Source: Saprolegnia diclina VS20
Lineage: Eukaryota
Assembly (NCBI RefSeq): GCF_000281045.1
Contig: NW_008246150.1
Span: 137,416-157,415 of the forward strand
Reading direction: 5' to 3'
Length of the DNA stretch: 20,000 nt
The position numbers and the translations under genes were made by a program. Below, one piece after another: positions 1 to 10,280 of this stretch. Under the pieces are notes generated by a model that was not told where the DNA came from, searched no databases, and saw nothing but the letters and a program-made list of their open reading frames with translations. Positions within the stretch are counted from its first letter, which is position 1. Every line of letters begins with the position of its first letter.

Positions 1-142
1 TTGATCGCCCGCTCCAGCTCCAATATTTATATGATGCGAAGAATCAGGCGTTCGGTAAAACTAGAAAGCAACGTGTGCTGAGCTGAGCGCGACAGCTCAG
101 GTCGACACATGCTTGAAGTTCGCATTGTGCGAGAGATCGTTC

Positions 143-160
143 TTCATTTTTCAATTCACT
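143..160 (+). promoter_or_regulatory. Oomycete Inr/FPR-like core promoter element (TTCATTTTTCAATTCACT)
   Basis: Matches the oomycete initiator consensus YCATTY followed by a flanking-promoter-region-like CAATTC. Lies about 25 nt upstream of ACCATGG at 171. Confidence 0.45.
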
Positions 161-170
161 CGACAAGACC

Positions 171-458
171 ATGGTGGACGACCGTAGCCCCGCACCGAAT
201 ATGCAACCGCAGCACGCCGACGCCATCGGACAGTGCCCCAAGTCAGAAATTGGGTGCTGTTGCAACTTTGCAGCCTACGACGATACCGCGCTGCCCTACC
301 ATGAGTACAAACCCTCGTTTCACTTTGTGCTGGACGCCATGGCGCACGACCTCGTCCTGGGGGCTGACAGTGCGCCGCGAGAAGGAGCCTCGCCGCGCAC
401 ATGCCCGCTGGCGAAAGGTGCACAAAATCAAAGTCGCCTCAACCAGCCGAATCCGTGA
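171..458 (+). CDS. Small hypothetical protein (95 aa, Cys cluster CPKSEIGCCC)
   Basis: ATG in good context (ACCATGG) just after an Inr-like element. GC-rich ORF followed by AT-rich, 3'UTR-like sequence (480-620). No recognisable domain. Confidence 0.35.
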   Translation: MVDDRSPAPNMQPQHADAIGQCPKSEIGCCCNFAAYDDTALPYHEYKPSFHFVLDAMAHDLVLGADSAPREGASPRTCPLAKGAQNQSRLNQPNP

Positions 459-1456
459 CGGCACAACGCGGCCACGGGGTAGTTAGTTGTACGATTAGCA
501 TTAGTTGTTGTTACGAGTAGTTCCGTGCAATATATATATATACATTACTAGTACTTGGTTTGCGCATTTTATGATCTCATTGAACACAATTCCAAACATT
601 GCACAAGCAAAAAACAACGTTAGCTGCAGCAAAACACATTCAAAATCCTTGACAGTTCAGTGACTCTACGGCTTGAAGCAGGCTCGAAAGATGAAAGTGT
701 GAGATTCATAGCGTATAAACTAGATTTTCAACCAATCGGGCAGGGAGCAAGCAAAACGGACGGAGCCCAACGGGTCCCAGTTTAGCCTTTCCCTCTCCGC
801 AGCAAGTGGTTTGTCAACATCATATTTCCCCTCACACGCGACGAAGATATCGTAGAAACCTGAACCGGCCAATGCTCGGCCCTAACGGTTGAAGTCGAAC
901 CACGGTGACCCTACAGGCGACTGCAAAGACAGGCGCAAACTACTACTACGTCGGACGCAGCGTCAACTGTTGCGACAATACGCTTCCTGAGAAAGGACGT
1001 ACACAAATTTTGTGTACTTTGAGCCATGGGTCCTCGACGGTCGTCTTGACGGGGAACATCTTTGGGTAGGCAAAGACAAAGACGAAGTGGAACCTTATTT
1101 TGGGTCTGTGGACCAAGCTGAAATGACAAGCAATATTGTCATATGTATCCAATAACAACATATGTATGCACACTTTGGCATCTGTTTGACGCAAACAGCT
1201 CCAACCGCACGTTGCCTGACGACGGCTCGTAATCTCCCGGGGCATATCGTTGGTAACTTCATTTTTAACGCTCTTTTCAACTACCATTCCTAGTCTCGAC
1301 AAATAAACACAAAACCCAAGGAAACCAACGCAATTGTCGACGCCAAGCATTCGTCGAATCTGCTCGGCAAAGAATTCCGCCAGTGGCGGTTTTAAGCTGC
1401 GTATCCGGATTCCCAAACCAACGCCACCCAGTTCTCAGTTTTCAAGTCGCTCACCA

Positions 1457-2425
1457 ATGCTCAGCACGCCCATCTGCCACCGCCTCCTCGCCGCCGGTCG
1501 CCCGCGCCCGCTTATCGCGGCGGCTGCTAACCGCCACCAGCTCATCGCCGCCACTGGTCGCCGCCATCTGCGCACGTCGTCGCCGCTGCTGGCGGTCGAG
1601 AACAGCCACTTCAAGTCGCATCCCAAGACCGACGCTCATTTCGCCGACCAAAAAGTCTGGGAAAACCCGATCCCACACGACATCTACAGCCCCCAAGACC
1701 TCGCCAAGATCCACCCGACGCACCGCAACCCGACTGAGATGCACGCCAAGGTGGCCCTCTTCGCCGTGCGTCTCATGCGCTCCGGCTTTGACTTTGTCTC
1801 GCGCTACAAGGGCCCGGGCGGCGGCATGAAGGCTGGGGACTGGGTCAACCGTGCGCTCTTTCTCGAGACGGTCGCCGGAGTCCCTGGCATGGTCGCCGGC
1901 ATGGCCCGCCACCTCCGCTCGCTGCGCACGATGCAGCGGGACCAGGGCTGGATCCACACGCTCCTCGAGGAGGCTGAGAACGAGCGCATGCATCTGCTCA
2001 TCTTCCTCAACATGAAGTCGCCAGGTCCGCTCTTCCGCCTCTTTGTGCTCGGCGCGCAAGGCGTCTTCTTCAACGTGTTCTTCCTCGCGTACCTGACGTC
2101 GCCCAAGACGTGCCACCGCTTCGTGGGGTACCTCGAGGAAGAGGCCGTCCACACGTACACGGCGCTCGTCCAAGACATTGAGAACGGCCATGTCGACCAT
2201 TGGGACACGGACATTGCGCCGCTGATCGCACGCAACTACTACAAGCTGCCCGAGACCGCGACGGTCCTGGACATGATCAAGTGCATTCGCGCCGACGAGG
2301 CCAACCACCGCGATGTCAACCACACGTTTGCCGACGTCGAGTGGAAGACGGCGGTCAACCCGTTCCTACACAAGCACCGCAAGCCAGCCGTGGAAGAAGA
2401 GAAATCCAAGCCAGTGGCATCGTAG
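1457..2425 (+). CDS. AOX: Mitochondrial alternative oxidase (ubiquinol oxidase), 322 aa, intronless
   Basis: All four di-iron motifs are present: FLETVAGVPG, LLEEAENERMHL, FVGYLEEEA and IRADEANH. The Arg/Ala/Leu-rich N-terminus lacks acidic residues (MLSTPICHRLLAAGRPRPL...) and resembles a mitochondrial presequence. ATG at 1457 follows an Inr-like TCAGTTTTCAAG. Confidence 0.96.
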   Translation: MLSTPICHRLLAAGRPRPLIAAAANRHQLIAATGRRHLRTSSPLLAVENSHFKSHPKTDAHFADQKVWENPIPHDIYSPQDLAKIHPTHRNPTEMHAKVALFAVRLMRSGFDFVSRYKGPGGGMKAGDWVNRALFLETVAGVPGMVAGMARHLRSLRTMQRDQGWIHTLLEEAENERMHLLIFLNMKSPGPLFRLFVLGAQGVFFNVFFLAYLTSPKTCHRFVGYLEEEAVHTYTALVQDIENGHVDHWDTDIAPLIARNYYKLPETATVLDMIKCIRADEANHRDVNHTFADVEWKTAVNPFLHKHRKPAVEEEKSKPVAS

Positions 2426-2963
2426 CTGGACAAATTAATGCTAAAATACGTCGCTCACACTTGATTGAGCTCATGCTATGGGGCGTGCACGTAGAGGGAG
2501 ACGTGCAGCACGGCTAGCACCTTGGGTTGGCCTCATCGGCTAGCCGTGTTGGGCAGCTCAATCGTGCTTTCTTCAAACGTCGATCAGGTAGCCACTCGAA
2601 CGAGTTTGTTTGGACGAAGTCGTTCCGTGTTTGATGGTCAAGACGCCGAATATGCCAGTTTAGTCTTAGTTTTAGGAGGACCAGTTTGGCATATTGTCTG
2701 CCACTGGCGTATGATGTACTTGGACCACCGTCGCTGAACAGCGTGAGCATGGCAGCGTCAATACCATCCAAAGATTAGCTCTATCAAGCCAAGCGCGAGG
2801 CTCTTCATGGAGCAAGATGACGTCCTTCGTTCGCTGGCGTCGTTGCGAATCTGAGTTGAACCAGGCGGCCTTTCTCCAAATGCAACCAATCACAGCCACA
2901 TCGATCAAAATCGGGCCAATCAAACGACAGCATGCGATCACCGAGCTTCATTTTCGATCTTGC

Positions 2964-4271
2964 ATGATGCACGGCTGGTGGACGCTCGCCGCTCTCCTCG
3001 TAGCGTCGGCGCACGCGGTCGTCTGGTCCTCTAGCACCAACCGCCCAACGCACGCCTATCCTGTCTACACGTATCCAGACAACTTGGATCTATCCACGTC
3101 GTTTCCGGTGTCGCTGGCGCGTGGCCAGGACCTGCTGCTGCCGATCAACCCGTTGCGCCACGCGCTCTTCCCAGAGGCCGAGACCACGCCGACGGCGCTT
3201 GGCTTTTCCATTGCCACGTGCTCGGGCACGGTCCAAGTATCGCTACTGCTGGCCGACAACTCGACGCGATCGCTCTCGATGCAGGTCTCGCAGTGCTTTA
3301 CGTTCCTTCTGGAGCCCACGCTATCGTCGCCGAGCCTCTGCCCGCTCTACTTGGGCGCCGACGAGCTCTATTGCACGATCGATCCGCATTCGATCCAAGG
3401 CGGTACTTCATTTTTCTCCATTTTTGTATTTTTCATAGATATGGCTAGTGCTGCTCATGGCCGACGACGACGTCGACGCGCATGCCCACGTCCGTCTTAC
3501 GTCATCGCACGTCTTCCCGGGCTACTCGTCGCTGCTTATCGACGACGGCGCACTCGCCTTTGCACTGCGCATGCAGGCCGACAACGTCTCGGGCGTGGCC
3601 GAGTTCTCGCCGGCTGCGCTCGTCGACCTTGCCGCCACCACACGCGCGCCTTGCGTCAACTGTTCGTACTCGCTTCTTGCCGTACCGACAGCAGCCAATG
3701 CGTCTATATCGACTCGAGCGTTTGGCTGTCTTGCTGCTGACGCGATCGCACTGCAGCTCGCCCCCAGTGCGCAAAATGGCAATGTGACCAAGGACGTGGC
3801 GGCGCTCGGCCGCCTCGTGCCAAGTTCGGGGTGGTACACTGTCTACCTCGCTGCGCAGCATGCCGGTCCGTCGCAGACCATGGTGTACCCGCCTGTCAAG
3901 CTCTACGTGGCTCACCCTCCGCTTCACCTCGCAGGTACTAGTACACTGCGTTCGTTGTTGGAGAGTCGAAGGTGATCTCGGACAATGTAGTCTACCTCGG
4001 GCTTGGGATCGGAGTTGCGGGCCTTCTGGGCGCAATGGTGCTTGCACGACGCCGGTACCGCCGTCACCGTGGCATTGGCCGGGGTGACACCCACCACCTC
4101 TTGAGCGACGACGAACTCGACGGCGATCGAGGCGAGTTTGTGGGGCTGCTCTCCAACACCCCAGTCGCCACCGCCAAGCGTACGGTGCATGCTGCGGACG
4201 TTGGGAACGAAGGCTTTGACGACGACGACGACGTTCTTTCCCGCTACGACGAGATCGAAGGACATGTCTAG
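2964..4271 (+). CDS. Type I membrane protein of unknown function (signal peptide, luminal domain, single TM, acidic tail); exons approx 2964-3402, 3449-3934, 3991-4271
   Basis: Inr-like TCATTTTCG at ~2948. Signal peptide MMHGWWTLAALLVASAHA. GT-AG introns 3403-3448 and 3935-3990 join three ORFs in frame; the second acceptor is less certain. TM segment YLGLGIGVAGLLGAMVLA is followed by the stop-transfer RRRYRRHR. Confidence 0.75.
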
Positions 4272-4283
4272 CTCTTTTATCTC

Positions 4284-4327
4284 TTGTATGAGCGGCTAGT
4301 ATGGTTTGTATGAGCGGCTAGTATGGT
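4284..4327. repeat. Perfect 22-bp tandem duplication (TTGTATGAGCGGCTAGTATGGT x2)
   Basis: Identical units at 4284-4305 and 4306-4327, just downstream of the stop codon at 4271. Confidence 0.95.
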
Positions 4328-4449
4328 TGAGTACACTTTTTTGTGAATTGTGGCACCAACAAATTTGTCTATCACGCCATCACACTCTAAAACTGTCCAC
4401 CATTCAAAAATGAATCAAACTTTGCCTTGTGACGAGCCAAATATAGGGA

Positions 4450-6407
4450 ATGCGGCGCGAGGCGCTTGCGGTGGTCCGTGCGACCTTGATGAACAAGACG
4501 TCCACCGATGCGGCCGTGAGCTTGAAAGAGAGCGAAGATCAATTCCTCTTTTTACAAGCGCTTCGACGCCGACCTATCTCGCGCCACCACGTCGCCCTCC
4601 ACAATCGCGGAGTCGCTCACATTGGCGACGACCGACCGATCACGACGCCGCCAGATGCGTCCGACATGGACGTACTCAGCATGGACCGCAACTCGATGAT
4701 GTGCAAGGCTGTTGTGATTCTGTGGCGCCACCATGTGCGTATGCGGGCTTGGCGGAAATGGACGCTTGTCGCGGCCGCTGAGACCAAGCGTCTACGCGAA
4801 CTGCACCTTCGGCAGCTACGCGACGAAGCGATGACGCTGCTCCGTCAGTCATCGCCCACCTCGTCCTTTGACGCTGACACCATGGCGACGCTTCTCGAGT
4901 GGGCCAAGCAGCTTCACGGCAAGATTTTTCAGGATGTATCCCACGAGCAGCTGCAAGACATTGTCTCGCACATGACGCTGCAGCACGTGCCGTGCCACGA
5001 GTGTTTGTTTCTCGAAGGCGACATTGGCCACGGGTACTATGTGCTGCTCTCGGGCGCAGTGTCGATCTACGTGGGTATGCCCGCGACAACGACCTTGCGG
5101 CTCGTCCAAGGGCGATTCCCAGCGCTGGAGGCCATTCGTCACGACCCCGCCTTGCTTGGCGTGTACAAATATGACATTCTCGAAGGAGACGGCTTTGGCG
5201 AGGTCCCTCCCACTTTATTGATGAACTACACCGAACAAGCATGGTGTCTCGTAGGTTGCAATGTTCAGCAACGAGCGGCGCCGCACGGCCTCGGCATTGG
5301 CCAGTCGCGCGTGCGACGTGGTTGAAATTCCCAAAGAGGTAGTACAATGCGAATCCAAAGGTCATCGCCGAGATGTGAGGTTAGGTGTACGACCGGACGC
5401 TCCGAAAAGCGCAGCTGACAGCATATCGCACGGCGCAGGCCATGGCCTTCCTGCCGACCGTCGATATTTTTGCCGACTGGGTGCATGCCAAGCTCGCAAC
5501 GCTCTTTGGTCTTCTCGATCGGCGGCAAGTGTCCTTTGGCCAGCACCTCTTGACCCAAGACAAGCCCATCACAGGTGTCTACTTCATCTTGTCGGGGCAA
5601 GTGCACCTCGTGCAGTCGTGGACGACGCCCGCGAGCGATGTTAAGCCGTCAACGACGCTACCGATCACGGTCGATACGGTCGGTCGTCGCGGGATCGTCG
5701 GCATCCAAAGCTTGGTCGAACCGCTGCGAAAACGGAGCAAGTACGCAGCGCTCGCCGCGTCGGATTCGGTTGAGTGCTTCGCCGTGCCTTTGGGACACTT
5801 GGACACGTTTCGCGGACTGCTTCAGTCGAGCAATTTAGCGCATTTACGTGATACGTGGCACGCGCTCGAGGCGGCGCGGGCAGCGCGTTTCGAGCATGCG
5901 ATCTCGGTACTGCAAACAAACACGACCGCACTTCCACCCAAACCAACGCCTGTGGCGCCAGAGACCCCGGGGTGGACCCCGAAACTGCGGTTTGAGCGCG
6001 ATAAAGGACCGGCTACGCTACCGCAAATGACGTCTCTCGCCGGCAAAAAGTTTGTGTTTCACGATTTCGACTTGCTCGCAACAAAAGAGCCCACGTACCT
6101 CGCGTCATCGTCACTGCCAAAGATGACGCACGTCGCCAAGCCACCGCTGCGCAAGGACGAGTGCGCCAAAGTCGCGGCCTTGCATTTGCGCGCGTTTGAA
6201 GCGCACCTGTGGGACACGGCGCCAAAAGCGTCACCGACGAAACCCGACGATGTCCGGCGCCCCGAGCGCCCGCCGCTGCCGCCCTTTGCACGCAGCTTGG
6301 CGACGACCCGGTTAAAGGCACGGGCTGTCGCGGCCGAGCACACGTCGTTTACAAAGGCGCGGCGGGTCGTCCACGAGTCGCTCTTGTCATACAAACATGC
6401 GTTTTAG
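4450..6407 (+). CDS. Cyclic nucleotide-binding domain protein (two cNMP-like domains); exons 4450-5202, 5255-5338, 5385-6407
   Basis: First domain: LFLEGDIGHGYYVLLSGAVSIY...GDGFGE|VAMFSNERRRTASA, where the phosphate-binding cassette is restored by removing intron 5203-5254. Second, degenerate domain: LLTQDKPITGVYFILSGQV...GIVGIQSL. Both introns are GT-AG and phase 0. The start codon is uncertain. Confidence 0.85.
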
Positions 6408-6805
6408 CGCGTTAAATTATAAACCAATAGCATCTCGGTGGTGCGGACTAGCTACTTTGTACTAGCCTAGTAGAGTACGGTCAACGTCGACTAGAGTACG
6501 AGCGTGCAATAGACTGCGAATGTATTGAGCAACGTCGGCGTGGATTGCATACGGGGTTAGGGGTAAAGTGCGGGGTAGGGTTCCGAAGCGAGCCCTCTCT
6601 GTGTGCATTCCATCGGCGTAGGACCCCCCGTTCGGCGTCAAACCCTGAGAATGTCTTTGTTTCTTGGGTCTATCTACTACTTTAGCATGTATTAGTTCTT
6701 GAAAAATCCGAAACCCTATCTCGAACGCTCCGGGTTGAAGTTGCTATTCGACGAAGCTAGGACGTCGCATATGCTAAGATTAGACATCTGCATTTTTGAA
6801 GAAGC

Positions 6806-7538
6806 ATGTCCGAGTACGTTCGCCGCCGCCATCGCGGTGCTTACATTCTTGGCGTAGGCCTTGGACCCCGACATTTGGGCTCAAGCGTGCGGGTGTCAGC
6901 GCCCACAAGCGCCAGTCGACCGAGCTCCACACGCTTCGCATGCGATCGCACGACATGTCCTTCGGTAGAAACGTCAGCTTCTCTCTGCAAGGAGCTCACC
7001 TGCAAGTAGACGTCGATGCAAAAAGCGCATCACCTGGTCGGAGGTACCTTCAGCAGCAAGCCCCCAAGCGGTCGCCCAAGCGCAGTCACCAGTCCCTTCC
7101 TGGCAGCATCTTGGTGCCCAGCGACAGCTTGCATCCGTCGCAGTCGGAGCCGCTGCATCTCGCGTACAGTGCTAGCATTGTCCTGGGACCGACGACACTG
7201 CGGCCATCGAGCTCGGCAGCGCTTATGACGCCGTCGATTGCCTCATCGTCGGCAACGCTGCAGCTCGGCCGCCCGAAACCCCAACGCGTCCTCTCGCGTA
7301 AGACACTCGAACCCCCCGAGTTGCACACGCCGTACGTCGAGTCGTCGATTGTTGTGGAAAATATTGTCCTATGTGCTCTAGACCGTCCACGGTCGCGATC
7401 GAAACCAAGCGCCACTTGGCGTTTGGCGGCGGCTTCCTCGTCGACAACCAAGTGGCACCAAGCACGAGTCCGACCAAGCAACGACCCCAGTCAACCGTGC
7501 GCATGTACTTTATCAGCCCGCCGCAGGACGACCTGTGA
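6806..7538 (+). CDS. Hypothetical Ser/Pro-rich low-complexity protein; exons approx 6806-6813, 6858-7331, 7382-7538
   Basis: ATGTCCGA|gtacgt...cgtag|G joins into the 6796 ORF (MSEPWTPTFGLKR...). A second intron, gtacgt...ctag (7332-7381), gives the C-terminus ...VRMYFISPPQDDL*. Intron sizes of 44 and 50 nt match neighbouring genes. Confidence 0.55.
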
Positions 7539-7607
7539 TCGAATGCAGCACCGTGTACACTCCCGCCAAAATTGCTATATACAGTTTGGCAAGTCTTTCA
7601 AAATACC

Positions 7608-10280
7608 CTAGTCGCTGTCGTCAATGACGATTATGTCGTGCTCGATCGGCCGTGCGGGCGCCACGGACGGCGCAGGGACGGCGGCCAATATCTCGTCCTT
7701 GACCGAAAGCGCAGACCGCTCGCTTGGCAGCGGGGCGGCAGCCGGCCATTGTGGCGCAAAGGTTGCTGCGGAGTAGGGCTCAAACGCTGGTACTTCAGGC
7801 TTGATGTACGGCATCGCATTGTTGACAACTGGGGCCGGTGTGTGCTCTGCCGCCGGCGTGGCGTGGACGACCGGCACCTCGGCTTGGACGGCCGGTGCTT
7901 CAGTCTTCACCGGCGCCTCGGTTTGTACGACAGGCGGCTCTGGTTGGACGACCGGCGCCACGGGGCTGTCGGCTTCTTCCGTCTCTTCGTCTTCCGTCTC
8001 GGTACCGTCGTCATGAGCCGCCGCCACAACCTCCTCGCTCGCCTCGGGCTCGTCGAGGACATCGGGCGTCGGTGGCTCCTCGCGCGGGGGCTCACAGCGA
8101 CGCATCATATCACGCACGGTACCAAGGAGCGTACTCCACTCGGGCAGCGACTCGGTCGCGTGTTGATGCGCATCGAGCGCCTTCTCAATCGCGGCTAGGG
8201 TCCCGAGGGCGTCCTTCTTGTGCGACTCAATGTTATCGAGGTTGGTCTCCATCTCGAGCACTTGGCGGTCAATGAGCTTGGCCAGCGGCGGACTCGGCAG
8301 CGTCACGTCGCGCTTGGCGAGCTTGAGTGCCGGCAAAAGCTCATGCTCATCTTCATTCGCATCTCGTTTCCGCTTGAGGCTCTCCTTGCGCGCGAGGAGG
8401 ACGCTCTTCATGCCAGTGTAGTGCGCTCCCATCAACTCCCACTTTTTGATCGACTGCGCGAGGCCCTTGAGCTTGTCGGCAAGGATCGTCACGAGGAGGT
8501 AGTCGGCGCTGCCTTGGAGGCCTTGCGTGCACTCACGGTACGCAGGAATGAAGCGTTTGGCCAAGCTAATTGCACGCAGAGTCTAGTCATTTTCTATAAT
8601 CACAAAACAAGTGGAGAATAGTCTCTACCTTGCGGTGGCGGACCGCATTGTCAATGAGGGCGTTCTTCTGCGCAATTTCGTGCTGGATCGCAGCGACGCT
8701 GGCTTTGGCCGACGCCATCTTGGCGGCCCACTCGTTGTAGATGCGCAGCTCCTTCTGCCACGCGTCGCAGGTCTTGGCCTCGCGGATGTCGCAGGACCGC
8801 AGTCGCTTCTCCGAGAGCGTCTGTAGCGCCGTCACTGTGCGTTGAAAGTGGTACCGGGCTGAGAGAACGCCATGTCGCAGGTTCAAAACGTGCACGAGAC
8901 CGTCTACGCCCGGCGAAAAGTGGTCTGCATTCGCATCGTTGTCTCGGGTGCATGACGTCGCCACCTTCTTCAACTAGACACAAGCGATAGTTTTAGATGG
9001 CAACTGTCGAGCGATCGTACGTCGTGGTCGATTGCGAGCAGCGCCTTGGCCATGTCGAGGGATGCGAGATGCACGAGCACCTCGCCCGTGCTGTTGAGCA
9101 GTAGCTGCATGCGCTGGTCGTTGGCGCCGAGACGCTGGAGCATCCCGTCGATCTGCGTCAGCAGCGACGTGGCGGTCGCCGGCGAGACATCGGCGGCGAG
9201 GGCGTCAAGGTCAACGACGTCATCGCTGGCGCCGAGCGCCATGAGCGACGAAGACGAGGTCGCGGCTGTCTCCATTTCCTTGGTCTCTTCTTCGTCCTTG
9301 ATGCGCGGACTGGCAACCGAGGATGCGTCATTGATGGCAGCCGGCTCGTTCTCGGTGATTGCCTCGCTGGATACGGCGCCGTACTTGACAACGACTTGGC
9401 GTAGGTCGCGCAAGAGGCTTTGCACCAACGAGCACTAGGTAGACAAAATGGATGAGAGCGAAGCCAGACAGGCAGGAGTACGTGGTGGTCGATGCATTTG
9501 CTGCAGTAGTACGCTGAAGCTGTCGTAGTCGTCTAGCAAAAGGCCACGTCACGATACAATCTGCATGTGAGAAGCGAGACGACGTACGTTGGTGTCGTCG
9601 ACGCACGCCTTGTGGTGGACAGCGGCGCAGGCTTCGCACTTGACGCAGAGGTCGAGCGAGCCCCGGTCGCGCGAGCAGATCGCACACAGCTAATAAACAT
9701 ATGAGGTTACATGCTTGTGGCTTGGTAGGACGGAAGGTACCTCGCGCGGGGCTGGCGGCGCCTCGACGACGCGGCTACGCGTGGGTGGATCGGGCGCGAC
9801 CTCGGCGGCGCGGCTCCGTGCGGCAGATGTGGATGCAGCGGCAGAGTTCTTGGGGATGATCTGCTCGCGCAAGTCCTTGAGGCAGTCGCCTGTATCGCTG
9901 GCGTAGAGCGAGGCCCACCCCGGGTCGTGCTATGTGCGCGGCCATGAGGCGTTGCACGATGATCACCAGACATACCCGTGTCTTCATGCCCGGGTTGAGC
10001 GAGCGCTTCATGGCGACCGCCAACGCCGACGGATTGACGTAGCGCTGGCCTTCAAAGAGCATGCCACCATCAGGCAAGAGGTCGGCGTGCGTCTTGGTGC
10101 GGTAGTAGGTCACGTAAAGCTTCCGCGGCCCTAGACCGGCGCATGAGATCGGATTGTCGCTGCGCATGGCGTCTACCTGGCTTGATGAGCTGGGCGGAGA
10201 TGAGGGTGCGCATGACGCCCGTGACGTCCGTGCTCTACGCGATCGTCGGCGCCAGGTCGTCGTAGCGGCTGTCGTACCAT
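7608..10280 (-). CDS. RAMA-domain + PHD-finger + coiled-coil nuclear protein (~763 aa); exons 10280-10278, 10234-10177, 10130-9976, 9929-9741, 9689-9588, 9532-9482, 9434-9021, 8973-8629, 8582-7608
   Basis: Eight GT-AG introns (43-55 nt) give one continuous frame. The spliced N-terminus MSTDVTGVMRTLISAQLIKPGPRKLYVTYYRTKTHADLLPDGGMLFEGQRYVNPSALAVAMKRSLNPGMKTRHDPGWASLY resembles the RAMA domain of MPND-type proteins (DLLPDG, PSA, NP...GWAS motifs). It is followed by a C4HC3 PHD finger: CAIC...CEAC...HKAC...YYCSKC. Confidence 0.85.

Noticed and set aside
529..543. (TA)n run
   Set aside because: Ordinary short microsatellite in an AT-rich 3' region.
1334..1456. 41-aa N-terminal extension of AOX in the ORF track
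   Set aside because: It starts at a non-ATG codon and spans the Inr-like element. ATG 1457 gives a normal mitochondrial presequence.
1451..2323. 290-aa antisense ORF over AOX
   Set aside because: Shadow ORF caused by high GC3 codon bias of the sense gene; no protein-like motifs.
2514..2810. Minus-strand 85-aa ORF (..LNWHIRRLDHQTRNDFV..) between AOX and the membrane protein gene
   Set aside because: Looks mildly protein-like, but it has no recognisable domain or convincing start and splice structure. I cannot support it without a homology search.
7870..7960. Quasi-repeats encoding PVVQPE/PVVQTE/PVKTE/PAVQAE as a CRISPR-like or non-coding array
   Set aside because: Degenerate in-frame peptide repeats within the disordered tail of the RAMA-PHD protein; no constant repeat/unique spacer structure.
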